A DNA stretch of 64,000 nucleotides from Bacteroidales bacterium. Its GTDB lineage: Bacteria; Bacteroidota; Bacteroidia; Bacteroidales; JAAYJT01. Under the pieces are notes generated by a model that was given only the letters and a program-made list of their open reading frames with translations, was not told the origin of the DNA and ran no database searches. Below, in pieces: positions 47,177 through 56,769 of this stretch. Location: positions 10,390-74,389 of the forward strand of contig JBASHR010000073.1 of assembly GCA_049654165.1 (NCBI GenBank), given 5' to 3'. Each line of letters begins with the position of its first letter. Position 1 is the first letter of the stretch. Made by a program: the position numbers and the translations under genes.

Positions 47177-48577
47177 ATGGCAAGAAAAAAGCTTCCTCTT
47201 ATTGAAAAAGCAGAAATAATTAGTGTTGGAAATGATGGTAAAGCTCTTGCCAAATGTGATGGGATGGTTGTTTTTGTTCCATTTGCAGCGCCCGGGGATA
47301 TTGTTGATATTCAGATAGTAAGCAAAAAGAAATCCTTTAGTGAAGGGAAGATATTAAGGTTTCATAAATATTCTCCTTTTCGTGTGAACCCTTTTTGCGA
47401 ACACTTTGGTATTTGTGGCGGATGTTCGTGGCAGCATGTAAATTATAAGTATCAACTAGAATTTAAAAAACAGAATATTGCAGATAACTTTCAGCGGATA
47501 GGTAAGTTTGAATTCCCTGCTTTGTCCGAACTTGTGAGTTCAGCTAATATCACATATTATCGTAATAAGCTTGAATACACCTTCTCGAACCGGAGGTGGC
47601 TTACTGATAATGATATGCTAGATTTGGATCAGAAAGATCTTAATGGGCTCGGATTTCATATTCCCCGTCTTTTTGATAAAGTTTTGGATATAAAAACATG
47701 TCATCTCCAGCCTGAGCCATCAAACAGTATCAGACTTTCTGTAAAAGAATATGTACAGCAGAATAATTATTCATTTTACGATCATCGGAAACATACTGGA
47801 TTTCTAAGAAATCTTGTAATAAGGAATTCTGGCAACGGTGAAGTAATGGTGATTTTAGTTGTTAGTCAGAATGATCAGAAAAAAATTAATGCCTTGCTTG
47901 ATCATTTGGCAGAAAGTTTCTCACAGATCACCTCTCTGATATATATTGTTAATACTAAACTCAATGACAGTCTTGACGATCAGAAGGTAATTCTATATAG
48001 TGGAAATCCGTATATCACAGAGGTTATGGATGATTTGAAATTCAGGATAAGACCTTTGTCGTTTTTTCAAACCAATACTAAACAGGCTTTACAGCTTTAT
48101 CGGATAACTTCTGAAATGGCAGCCCTTACCGGAAATGAGCTGGTTTACGACCTTTATTCAGGCACGGGTACTATCGCTGCATTTATTGCCCGGCAGGCAA
48201 AAGAGGTGATTGGGATTGAATATTCTGAATCAGCAGTAGCTGATGCCCGCGAAAATGCCATTCTTAATAATTTGAAGAATGTAAAATTTATATCTGGGGA
48301 TATGGCAAAGGTTCTGAACTCTGATTTTGTATCGTTGCATGGAAGCCCTGAAGTGGTTATTACTGACCCGCCAAGGGCAGGTATGCATGAAAATGTTGTA
48401 AAAGCACTACTGGAAATAAGTCCTGAGCGAATTGTATATGTAAGTTGTAATCCGGCAACTCAGGCAAGGGATATAGCTCTTATGAATCATGAATACAAAG
48501 TGTTAAGGGTTCAGCCGGTTGATATGTTTCCGCATACCTATCATATTGAAAATATTGTACTTTTGAAGAAACGTTGA
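47177..48577 (+). CDS. rlmD: 23S rRNA (uracil-C5)-methyltransferase, RlmD/RumA family, with TRAM domain and a 4Fe-4S Cys cluster
   Basis: 466 aa. N-terminal TRAM-like domain, CEHFGICGGCSWQH cluster, SAM motif DLYSGTGTI, catalytic YVSCNPAT. Confidence 0.85.
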   Translation: MARKKLPLIEKAEIISVGNDGKALAKCDGMVVFVPFAAPGDIVDIQIVSKKKSFSEGKILRFHKYSPFRVNPFCEHFGICGGCSWQHVNYKYQLEFKKQNIADNFQRIGKFEFPALSELVSSANITYYRNKLEYTFSNRRWLTDNDMLDLDQKDLNGLGFHIPRLFDKVLDIKTCHLQPEPSNSIRLSVKEYVQQNNYSFYDHRKHTGFLRNLVIRNSGNGEVMVILVVSQNDQKKINALLDHLAESFSQITSLIYIVNTKLNDSLDDQKVILYSGNPYITEVMDDLKFRIRPLSFFQTNTKQALQLYRITSEMAALTGNELVYDLYSGTGTIAAFIARQAKEVIGIEYSESAVADARENAILNNLKNVKFISGDMAKVLNSDFVSLHGSPEVVITDPPRAGMHENVVKALLEISPERIVYVSCNPATQARDIALMNHEYKVLRVQPVDMFPHTYHIENIVLLKKR

Positions 48578-48609
48578 AATTTAAATCTGATGTTTCTGTA
48601 GAAATGTCT

Positions 48610-49344
48610 TCAGACAAAACCCCTTTGCTTTTTAATTTCGGAATAAGCGGCATTTAGTTCCTGAAATTTCTCTTTCGCAGCTTTCTGAATATCTTCACCC
48701 AAGTGACTTACCTTATCAGGATGATATTTCAAAGCCATTTTCCTATATGCTTTTTTAACTTCTTCGTCGGTTGCATTTGGTGATATTTCAAGAACACGAT
48801 AGGCAGAGTCAGTATCTTTTATAAACATTGACTTAATTGACTGGAAATCAACACCGGTAATTCCAATTAATACTGAGATCTGCTGAATAACATTGATCTC
48901 CTGAGTGTCAGCGCGTCCGTCAGCCAGTGAAATGCCAAAAAGATAATGCAGCAACTGTAGTTTTTCAGGATAAGCCATAAATTGTTTTATCTGAGCTGAG
49001 ATACCCTTTAAGTCCAGATCCTGTTTGAGTAACTCCCGCAGTAGCAGCATTTTATTTGCTGTTTCGGTCTCACCAAAATTATTAACAAAAAACTTTTTTA
49101 CATAATCAAGTTCTGATCTCACCACTTTACCATCGGCTTTCATTACGGCTGCGGTAAGTATCAGGAGCGAAACACTAAAGTCTCCGGTTTGGGTACGTGG
49201 ATGCTTTTCAGGAGGTTTGTATTCAAACTCACCCGATTGCATACTGTCAAACATAGAGCCAAAAATGAAACCGAGCAGAGCACCGATCGGTCCGCCCAAA
49301 GCCCAACCGAGGCCTCCGCCTATCCATTTACCATAATTTGCCAT
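48610..49344 (-). CDS. DjlA-like co-chaperone: TerB-like domain plus a C-terminal J domain
   Basis: 244 aa. Gly-rich membrane-associating N-terminus, TerB-like middle region, and C-terminal J domain ([30 protein letters not shown]). Confidence 0.7.
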   Translation of the reverse strand: MANYGKWIGGGLGWALGGPIGALLGFIFGSMFDSMQSGEFEYKPPEKHPRTQTGDFSVSLLILTAAVMKADGKVVRSELDYVKKFFVNNFGETETANKMLLLRELLKQDLDLKGISAQIKQFMAYPEKLQLLHYLFGISLADGRADTQEINVIQQISVLIGITGVDFQSIKSMFIKDTDSAYRVLEISPNATDEEVKKAYRKMALKYHPDKVSHLGEDIQKAAKEKFQELNAAYSEIKKQRGFV

Positions 49345-49361
49345 GAAATAACTTTTTTTGG

Positions 49362-49369
49362 CAAACTTA
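49362..49369 (-). promoter_or_regulatory. Putative -7 box for the DjlA-like gene (TAAGTTTG on the minus strand)
   Basis: The plus strand reads CAAACTTA. It lies about 18 nt upstream of the ATG at 49344. Confidence 0.35.
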
Positions 49370-49439
49370 TTATTTTTTAGAATCCTTATTAATTTTTAGC
49401 TATTATTTTAATGTTTTGATTTAGTATCGGGAAAATCTC

Positions 49440-49447
49440 TATTTTTG
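49440..49447 (+). promoter_or_regulatory. Putative -7 box (TATTTTTG) for serC-serA
   Basis: Matches TAnnTTTG, 57 nt upstream of the serC ATG. Confidence 0.4.
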
Positions 49448-49504
49448 CTAAAACAAAAAAACACACATGATTCTGATTGATCTATAAACCTAAATTATTT
49501 AATT

Positions 49505-50575
49505 ATGAAGAAACACAATTTTAATGCAGGACCTTCGATCCTACCCCGAATTGCTATTGAAAATACTGCAAAGGCAATACTCGATCTGAATAACAGCGGA
49601 TTGTCAATTCTGGAGATCTCTCACAGAAGTAAAGATTTTCAGGCTATTATTGACGAAGCTGTGGCACTGTTCAAAGAACTTCTGAATATTCCTGAAGGAT
49701 ATCATGTTCTTTTCCTTGGAGGAGGAGCAAGTATGCAGTTTTGCATGGTTCCTTACAACCTGATGGGTAAAAAAGCAGCATATCTCGAAACAGGGGTTTG
49801 GGCAAAAAAAGCAATAAAAGAAGCCAAATTATTTGGTGAAGTGGCTATTATTGGCTCATCAGCCGATAAAAATTTCAGCTACATACCAAAAGATTATAAA
49901 ATCCCTGAAGATGCTGATTACTTCCATTTTACGTCTAACAATACTATCTATGGCACTGAAATCCACGAAGATCCTGTAAGTCCGGTTCCTATGGTTTGCG
50001 ATATGTCGTCAGATATTCTGAGTCGCCCCATTGATGTTTCTAAATACGCATTGATTTATGGTGGTGCACAAAAGAATGCTGGTCCGGCTGGTGTTACCTT
50101 TGTGATAATCAGAGAAGATGTCCTTGGAAAAGTTGAAAGAGTTATTCCAAGCATGCTCAACTATAAAACTCATATTGCTGATGGCTCTATGTTCAATACC
50201 CCTCCGTGCCTGCCAATTTTTACAATGAAAGAAACTTTGAAATGGGTCAAAGAAATGGGTGGTGTTGCAAAAATGAGAGAAATTAATCATGAAAAAGCCA
50301 ACATGCTTTATGAAACTATTGATAACAGCAGGATGTTTGTAGGAACAGCTGAGAAAAGTTCCCGTTCGGTAATGAACGTATGTTTTGTTATGAAAGAACA
50401 ATACAAAGATAAGGAAGCTGATTTTATTAGCTTTGCTCAATCAAAAGGAATGGTAGGTCTGAAAGGACACCGCTCGGTAGGTGGTTTCCGAGCATCAATT
50501 TATAATGCCTTACCTAAGGAAAGCGTTCTTGCATTGATTGATGTTATTAAAGAATATGAAAAGTTAAATGCATGA
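49505..50575 (+). CDS. serC: 3-phosphoserine/phosphohydroxythreonine aminotransferase
   Basis: 356 aa. [12 protein letters not shown]-terminus, [22 protein letters not shown] (PLP lysine region). Confidence 0.95.
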   Translation: MKKHNFNAGPSILPRIAIENTAKAILDLNNSGLSILEISHRSKDFQAIIDEAVALFKELLNIPEGYHVLFLGGGASMQFCMVPYNLMGKKAAYLETGVWAKKAIKEAKLFGEVAIIGSSADKNFSYIPKDYKIPEDADYFHFTSNNTIYGTEIHEDPVSPVPMVCDMSSDILSRPIDVSKYALIYGGAQKNAGPAGVTFVIIREDVLGKVERVIPSMLNYKTHIADGSMFNTPPCLPIFTMKETLKWVKEMGGVAKMREINHEKANMLYETIDNSRMFVGTAEKSSRSVMNVCFVMKEQYKDKEADFISFAQSKGMVGLKGHRSVGGFRASIYNALPKESVLALIDVIKEYEKLNA

Positions 50576-50622
50576 TATTCAAGTGAATGTGATTTAATTA
50601 AATTTAAACTAAAAGAAATATT

Positions 50623-51543
50623 ATGATCAAAGTTTTGTTAGCCACAGAGAAACCTTTTGCTTCAGTTGCAGTAAAAGGAATTAAAAAAATTATAGAAGAT
50701 GCAGGTTTTGAACTTGTAATGCTTGAGAAATACACTGATCACAATGATCTTGTTAAAGCTGTTCAGGATGTGGATGCTCTTATTATCAGAAGCGACAACG
50801 TTAACAGACAGGTTCTTGAGGCAGCTAAAAATTTAAAGATTGTCGTTCGTGCTGGTGCAGGTTATGATAATATTGACACTGTTGTTGCAACCGAGAATAA
50901 AATTGTAGCCATGAATACTCCGGGACAGAATTCAAATGCTGTTGCTGAATTAGCTATAGGTATGATGTTATATTATATTCGTAAAGGATTTAACGGCTCA
51001 TCAGGAACTGAATTAATGGGTAAGACCCTTGGCATACATTCATATGGAAATATAGGCAAGCATGTTGCAAGAATTGCAAAAGGTTTTGGTATGAAAGTAT
51101 ATGCCTACTCTCCTTCAAAACCCAGAAAGGTCATTGAAGATGATGGAATTAACTATATCGGAAATCTTGAAGAATTATATTCTACGTGCCAGTTTATATC
51201 TGTGAGTATTCCGGCTAATGCAAAAACGATTAAATCCATTAATTACGAATTGCTATCAAAAATGCCGGAAGGAGCTACACTGGTTAATACAGCACGTAAA
51301 GAAGTTATTGATGAAGATGGATTATTGAAAATGTTTGCCGAACGCAAAGATTTTGGTTATCTGTCAGATATTGCTCCGGATTGTAAGAGTAAGATAGAAG
51401 AAGAATTTGCAGGCAGATTTTTCTTTACTCCTAAAAAGATGGGAGCTCAGACAGCAGAGGCAAATATTAACGCAGGTCTTGCTGCTGCTACTCAAATTGT
51501 GAATTTTATATTACATGGCGACGACACTTTTAAAGTAAATTAA
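50623..51543 (+). CDS. serA: D-3-phosphoglycerate dehydrogenase-like 2-hydroxyacid dehydrogenase (short form, no ACT domain)
   Basis: 306 aa. GAGYDNID, NAD-binding GIHSYGNIGKHVA. It sits directly downstream of serC. Confidence 0.8.
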   Translation: MIKVLLATEKPFASVAVKGIKKIIEDAGFELVMLEKYTDHNDLVKAVQDVDALIIRSDNVNRQVLEAAKNLKIVVRAGAGYDNIDTVVATENKIVAMNTPGQNSNAVAELAIGMMLYYIRKGFNGSSGTELMGKTLGIHSYGNIGKHVARIAKGFGMKVYAYSPSKPRKVIEDDGINYIGNLEELYSTCQFISVSIPANAKTIKSINYELLSKMPEGATLVNTARKEVIDEDGLLKMFAERKDFGYLSDIAPDCKSKIEEEFAGRFFFTPKKMGAQTAEANINAGLAAATQIVNFILHGDDTFKVN

Positions 51544-51566
51544 TTGGTTTTTCAGTAAGGTATTTG

Positions 51567-51574
51567 TATATTTG
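51567..51574 (+). promoter_or_regulatory. Putative -7 box (TATATTTG)
   Basis: Matches TAnnTTTG upstream of the four-helix-bundle gene. Confidence 0.4.
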
Positions 51575-51634
51575 TACTCGATTTACAATTATTACTTTTT
51601 GTTTTTTTACTATTAACACAAAATACCTTTGAAA

Positions 51635-52042
51635 ATGGATGCAGAACTCGAAAGAACTTTTACATTTTTCAGATTTGAAGAATTAAGGGTATATCGTAAA
51701 GCACTGGATTATTCAACCTGGATAATCAAACACACACAATCGTTTTATGACAAGGAACATGGCTTGCTGTCAAAAAGATTTAATTCCTCAGCGCAAAACA
51801 TTGTATTGAATATAGCTGAGGGTTCTGCATTGAATAGAAGTCAGTTTATCAACCATTTGAAAATTGCCAAAAGCATGGTGCGGGATTGCCTGGTTTATAC
51901 TTCAATGGCGAGACAGCTTAATTATTTGAGTAAGGAAGATGAAGAGTATTCCCGCAATCAGCTTATGGAGCTTACCAAAATGATAGGTGCTCTTATTGGT
52001 TCTTTACAGAAAGCAGGAAGATTTGATGAAGAAGATGAATAA
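51635..52042 (+). CDS. Four-helix-bundle protein (23S rRNA intervening-sequence protein / Avd-like family)
   Basis: About 135 aa. LRVYRKALDYS...NIAEGSA... is the typical signature of this family. I prefer the ATG at 51635 over the track's TTG at 51629. Confidence 0.7.
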   Translation: MDAELERTFTFFRFEELRVYRKALDYSTWIIKHTQSFYDKEHGLLSKRFNSSAQNIVLNIAEGSALNRSQFINHLKIAKSMVRDCLVYTSMARQLNYLSKEDEEYSRNQLMELTKMIGALIGSLQKAGRFDEEDE

Positions 52043-52044
52043 TA

Positions 52045-52077
52045 TGAAGAAGCCGCTTCATAGTGGCTTCTTCATTT
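52045..52077 (+). terminator. Intrinsic terminator after the four-helix-bundle gene
   Basis: 10-bp stem TGAAGAAGCC/GGCTTCTTCA with a 10-nt loop, followed by TTT. Confidence 0.6.
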
Positions 52078-52345
52078 AAATAAATCAGTTTATCAGGTAG
52101 CTGCTATCTTTTCTTATCTGAATCAATAAAACATTTTTTTGTCCTGATAATTTCCCACCTATTTCAACCCCCTTTGTTTTCCGGTATTGTAAAACTGTTG
52201 TTATCTTATGAATGGAATAGGATAATAGCACAGGCAATTGCTGATTCAGGAATGTAACAGTGTTTAAAGCATTATCACGAGGTAAATACCCAAACGATTC
52301 ATTTTTTCGGATCTTCTTATTAGCTTCCTGTTTCTCTTGAATTAG

Positions 52346-52353
52346 TATCTTTG
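52346..52353 (+). promoter_or_regulatory. Putative -7 box (TATCTTTG) for the DUF1015 gene
   Basis: Matches TAnnTTTG, 53 nt upstream of the ATG at 52407. Confidence 0.4.
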
Positions 52354-52406
52354 CCCCCAAATTTTAAAAATAATCAAAGTATTCACAATCAATAAAACAA
52401 ACTAAT

Positions 52407-53654
52407 ATGGCTGTATTAAAAGCATTCAAAGGACTGAGACCTCCGGTAGAAATAGCAAAAGATGTGGCATCACGCCCGTATGACGTATTAAACTCTGAAG
52501 AAGCAAGATTGGAAGCCAAAGGCAATGAATATTCCCTTCTACATATTATTAAACCCGAAATTGACTTGCCTGAATCCGTTGATATCCATTCACAACCAGT
52601 ATATGACAAGGCAAAAGAAAATTTTGAGCTTTTTAAGAACAAAGGTTATCTGATTCCGGATAAGGAAGAACATTTGTATATTTATGCTCAGACTATGTTC
52701 GGGAAAACCCAGTATGGTATTGTAGGTTGTGCTTCGGTGGATGATTATATAAACGGAATAATAAAAAAGCATGAGCTTACCCGCAAGGATAAAGAAGAAG
52801 ACCGTATGAATCATGTTCGTATTACTAATGCTAACATGGAACCGGTATTTTTTAGTTATCCCGCTGAAGCAGAGATTGATGAAATAGTTGCTAAGATTGT
52901 GAAAACGCAAAAACCTGTATATGATTTTGTTGCTGTTGATGGTGTTGGACATCATTTTTGGGTAATTGACGACAAAAACATAAATGATAAACTTACAGAG
53001 CTGTTTGCCAGAATCCCTTATTTTTATGTGGCTGATGGTCATCATCGTACAGCGGCGGCTGCACTGGTTGGAAATGAAAAAAGAACAAAAAATCCAAATC
53101 ATCGTGGCGATGAAGAATATAATTATTTCCTTGCAGTGCTTTTCCCTGATGATCAGCTTACTATTATTGACTATAACAGGGTCGTACAGGATTTAAATGG
53201 TTTGGATAGTGAAACATTTATTAACAAATTGAAAGATGTTTTTGTGATCGAACCTAAAGGAAAGGATATCTATAAGCCCGACAGATTACATAATTTTGGC
53301 ATGTACCTCGATGGAGAGTGGTATTCTTTAACGGCAAAACAAGGTACTTATAACGATAATGACCCTATTGCTGTGCTTGATGTTACTATTTTGTCTCAAA
53401 AAGTTTTAGACGAAATACTTGATATCAGGGATCTTAGAACCAGTAACAGAATTGATTTTGTAGGAGGCATCCGTGGTTTGGAAGAGCTTGAGAAACGTGT
53501 TGATAGCGGAGAAATGAAAGTGGCATTTGCACTTTATCCTGTTTCGATGAAGCAATTGATTGATATTGCCGATACCGGAAATATCATGCCGCCCAAAACC
53601 ACATGGTTCGAACCTAAACTTAGAAGCGGACTGGTAGTACACCTTTTGGATTAA
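52407..53654 (+). CDS. DUF1015 domain-containing protein
   Basis: 415 aa. N-terminus LKAFKGLRP...VASRPYDV, and YVADGHHRTAAA; the length is typical of DUF1015. Confidence 0.8.
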   Translation: MAVLKAFKGLRPPVEIAKDVASRPYDVLNSEEARLEAKGNEYSLLHIIKPEIDLPESVDIHSQPVYDKAKENFELFKNKGYLIPDKEEHLYIYAQTMFGKTQYGIVGCASVDDYINGIIKKHELTRKDKEEDRMNHVRITNANMEPVFFSYPAEAEIDEIVAKIVKTQKPVYDFVAVDGVGHHFWVIDDKNINDKLTELFARIPYFYVADGHHRTAAAALVGNEKRTKNPNHRGDEEYNYFLAVLFPDDQLTIIDYNRVVQDLNGLDSETFINKLKDVFVIEPKGKDIYKPDRLHNFGMYLDGEWYSLTAKQGTYNDNDPIAVLDVTILSQKVLDEILDIRDLRTSNRIDFVGGIRGLEELEKRVDSGEMKVAFALYPVSMKQLIDIADTGNIMPPKTTWFEPKLRSGLVVHLLD

Positions 53655-53764
53655 TGAATCAGGAGTTTTTAATGTAATTATCAGGGTCTTAGTTGAAATA
53701 CTTTGATTAGCCATACAGCTATTTGATAGAAAATCAGAATCTTAACTTTAAAAATTAACATAAC

Positions 53765-53944
53765 ATGGAAGCAACAGAAGTAGTTTTAAAAACTTTGCGC
53801 GAAACTGGCAAACCTATGAAAGCCGGTGAAATTGCTGCACAATCAGGTGTGGATAAAGCTGATATTGATAAAGCAATCAAAAAACTGAAAAAAGAAGAAA
53901 AGATCAGTTCTCCTAAAGTGTGCTATTACGAGATCAGTAAATAA
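53765..53944 (+). CDS. Small (59 aa) winged-helix DNA-binding-like protein, missing from the ORF track
   Basis: ATG-to-TAA ORF translating MEATEVVLKTLRETGKPMKAGEIAAQSGVDKADIDKAIKKLKKEEKISSPKVCYYEISK. It has a helix-turn-helix-wing pattern (GEIA..G.DK..I.KAIKKLK.E.KI.SPK.CYY). It falls just below the apparent 60-aa cut-off of the track. Confidence 0.5.
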   Translation: MEATEVVLKTLRETGKPMKAGEIAAQSGVDKADIDKAIKKLKKEEKISSPKVCYYEISK

Positions 53945-54180
53945 TATTATTTGCTTGTTTGTTCTAATCGCAAGTCAGAGTCTTATTTGCGGTTGAAGAA
54001 CTTTGAGTAATTATATAACACTTGATTTTGTGAGACCATTTTCTTGAGGAACCTATCTGATAATCAATCCTTTGGGTTTGGATCTGAATTTGAAAATTTG
54101 TATACTGGGATTAAAATGAATATGACTATATATCCATTTGTGGGTATATGTGTTGATTACATAAGTCAGGCAAAAAAGCC

Positions 54181-54188
54181 TAATTTTG
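54181..54188 (+). promoter_or_regulatory. Putative -7 box (TAATTTTG) for gldF-gldG
   Basis: Matches TAnnTTTG and ends 24 nt upstream of the ATG at 54213. Confidence 0.45.
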
Positions 54189-54212
54189 TGCTATTGTAAA
54201 TGAAGAACAGGT

Positions 54213-54944
54213 ATGTTGGAATTGCTTAAAAAAGAAATTAGCGGGTTTTTAAGCTCGCTGATCGGCTATGTGGTTATAATTGTTTTTTTACTCATAAACG
54301 GATTGTTTCTTTGGGTTTTCCCTTTGCAATTCAATGTGTTGGATTATGGCTATGCAAGCCTTGAGAATTTTTTCATTCTGTCACCTATTCTTTTTCTTTT
54401 TTTGATCCCGGCTATTACCATGAGGATGTTTGCTGAAGAAAAACGCTCCGGAACCATTGAAATGCTTATGACAAAACCACTGACTGATCTTCAGATCATT
54501 TTCTCAAAATTCCTTGCCGGAGTTTTACTTGTGGTGATTGCTCTCTTGCCCACATTAATTTATTTTTATTCAGTCTATTATCTTGGATTGCCAAAAGGGA
54601 ATATTGATATTGGCGGCACCTGGGGTTCATATATTGGGTTAATATTTCTGGGCTCAGCATTTGTTGCGATTGGTATGTTTTGCTCTTCTGTCACTGATAA
54701 TCAGATAGTTTCCTTTATTATCTCCGTTTTCTTATGTGGGTTCGTATATATAGGTTTTGAGTTTATTTATTCACTCGCGCTTTTTGGAAATTTTGACCTT
54801 TTTATTCAGACACTTGGAATCAATGCTCATTATACCTCAATGAGCAGGGGAGTTATTGATACGCGCGATGTGCTTTATTTTATCAGCCTGATTGGTTTAT
54901 TTATTTTGCTTACAAAAATATCGCTGGAAAGCCGAAAATGGTAA
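54213..54944 (+). CDS. gldF: Gliding motility-associated ABC transporter permease GldF
   Basis: 243 aa. KKEISGFLSSLIGYVVI..NGLFLWVF, IPAITMRMFAEEKRSGTIEMLMTKP; six TM helices. Confidence 0.9.
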   Translation: MLELLKKEISGFLSSLIGYVVIIVFLLINGLFLWVFPLQFNVLDYGYASLENFFILSPILFLFLIPAITMRMFAEEKRSGTIEMLMTKPLTDLQIIFSKFLAGVLLVVIALLPTLIYFYSVYYLGLPKGNIDIGGTWGSYIGLIFLGSAFVAIGMFCSSVTDNQIVSFIISVFLCGFVYIGFEFIYSLALFGNFDLFIQTLGINAHYTSMSRGVIDTRDVLYFISLIGLFILLTKISLESRKW

Positions 54945-54958
54945 TAAGAATTTTATGA

Positions 54959-56722
54959 ATGGTTGAGAAAATGAGCAATAAAAAAAGAAATATACGCCGT
55001 AATAATATTATTCATCTGGTATTGAGTATTGCTATTATTGCTGTATTAAATATAATTGGTTCGTTTGTTTTTACCCGTTTTGATCTTACCAGCGAAAAGC
55101 GTTATACTCTTTCAGATGCGACCAGGAGAATGTTGCGTGAGCTTGACGATATAGTATATTTCAAGGTTTATCTTGAAGGCGAGTTTCCTGCTTCATTTAA
55201 AAGACTGAGAAACAGCACCCGTGAAATGCTTGATGAATTCAGGGCTTATAGTAGTAATGTACAGTATGAATTTATCAACCCTTCAGCCGGGGGCAATATG
55301 AGCGAGCGAACCGCACTTTTTGAAGAGCTGGTGCGTGAAGGTTTGAATCCAACTGATTTGTATGTTGCAACCTCCGAAGGAAGAAAGCAGCAAACAATTT
55401 TTCCCGGAGCAGTTGTTACCTATAAAAACCGAAAACTTCCTTTACATATACTAACTTCACAACCCGGTTCGCAACCTGAAGCTGCTTTAAATCAATCAAT
55501 ACAAAATCTTGAATACAATATTTCATCTGTTATTCATAAGCTTACTAATCAAACCCGTGCTAAAATTGCTTTTATCGAGGGGCATGGCGAGCTGAGTGAT
55601 TTTGAACTTGCCGGAGCCACAAAAGTTCTTGAAGAATATTATTCAATTGAAAGAGTTAAAATTGACGGACAGATAAGCAGCTTAACCCAGCGTACTGTTA
55701 TTGATTCATTGAATGTAAGGATTAAAAATAAGTATGAAGCTATTGTTATAGCTAAACCAATGCACCCTTTTGAAGAGAAGGATAAATTTATTATTGACCA
55801 GTTTATAATGCATGGGGGCAAGGTGTTATGGTTTATTGATCCGGTATTTGCTTCGATGGACAGTCTGCAGAATAGTGATCAAACCGTTGGTGTGGTTAAT
55901 GATATAAATATCAGCGATCAGCTCTTCCGTTATGGTGTCAGGCTTAACAGTAATCTGATCATGGATTTGCAGGCACTTCCTATTCCTATTGTTACCGGCA
56001 TGACTGGAGGGCAGCCCCAGACTAATCTCCTGCCGTGGTATTTCTTCCCTTTGCTGACCCCTGCAGGCAACCATCCGATTGTGAATAATATTGACGCCGT
56101 TATGGGACATTTTTCCAGTTCAGTTGATATGATTGAAACTAACGATATTGAAAAAACGGTTTTATTATCGAGCTCACAATATTCCCGTGTGGTTAATACA
56201 CCTGTTTTGATTAGTCTGGAAATACTAAAGCAGGAACCTGATCCATCATTATATCAACAATCTTACCAACCGGTAGCTGTGTTACTGGAAGGAGAATTTG
56301 AATCACTTTTCCGAAATCGTATTCCACCCGAAATAGCTGATGATCATAGTATTGGGTTTGTTGAAGAAAGTAAGAAAACAATGATGCTGGTTGTAGCTGA
56401 TGGTGATATTATTCGAAATCAGATACATTTATCTCAAAAGCAGCCTCTACCTCTTGGGTTCGATCAGTTTACCCGCCGACAGTTTGGCAATAACGACTTT
56501 TTATTGAATGCAATGAATTATATGTGCGACGAAACCGGAATTATATCAGTGAGATCCCGGGAAATAAAATTGCGTTTGCTTGATGGTCCTCGCATCACCA
56601 AAGCAAAACTTTTTTGGCAGTCGTTTAATATCTTTGCACCAATTACTATTGTAATATTATTTGGAATTGTGCTGAACTACATTAGAAAACGAAGAAATAC
56701 CAGATCACCGGAGTTCAGATAA
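54959..56722 (+). CDS. gldG: Gliding motility-associated ABC transporter accessory protein GldG
   Basis: 587 aa. N-terminal and C-terminal TM anchors, RFDLTSEKRYTLS motif, directly downstream of gldF. Confidence 0.85.
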   Translation: MVEKMSNKKRNIRRNNIIHLVLSIAIIAVLNIIGSFVFTRFDLTSEKRYTLSDATRRMLRELDDIVYFKVYLEGEFPASFKRLRNSTREMLDEFRAYSSNVQYEFINPSAGGNMSERTALFEELVREGLNPTDLYVATSEGRKQQTIFPGAVVTYKNRKLPLHILTSQPGSQPEAALNQSIQNLEYNISSVIHKLTNQTRAKIAFIEGHGELSDFELAGATKVLEEYYSIERVKIDGQISSLTQRTVIDSLNVRIKNKYEAIVIAKPMHPFEEKDKFIIDQFIMHGGKVLWFIDPVFASMDSLQNSDQTVGVVNDINISDQLFRYGVRLNSNLIMDLQALPIPIVTGMTGGQPQTNLLPWYFFPLLTPAGNHPIVNNIDAVMGHFSSSVDMIETNDIEKTVLLSSSQYSRVVNTPVLISLEILKQEPDPSLYQQSYQPVAVLLEGEFESLFRNRIPPEIADDHSIGFVEESKKTMMLVVADGDIIRNQIHLSQKQPLPLGFDQFTRRQFGNNDFLLNAMNYMCDETGIISVRSREIKLRLLDGPRITKAKLFWQSFNIFAPITIVILFGIVLNYIRKRRNTRSPEFR

Positions 56723-56769
56723 TATTATAAAATCGAACTGCTGCTACAATACAAGAACATTTTTTAAAA

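Noticed and set aside
51635-52042. Possible diversity-generating retroelement, because the four-helix-bundle protein is Avd-like.
   Set aside because: There is no reverse transcriptase ORF, no template/variable repeat pair and no target gene nearby. Stand-alone members of this family are common.
52085-52642. Minus-strand ORFs 52085-52360 (91 aa) and 52364-52642 (92 aa).
   Set aside because: The first covers the DUF1015 promoter box and has no recognisable motif. The second is antisense to the conserved N-terminus of the DUF1015 protein. Neither has start-site support, so the region is treated as non-coding spacer.
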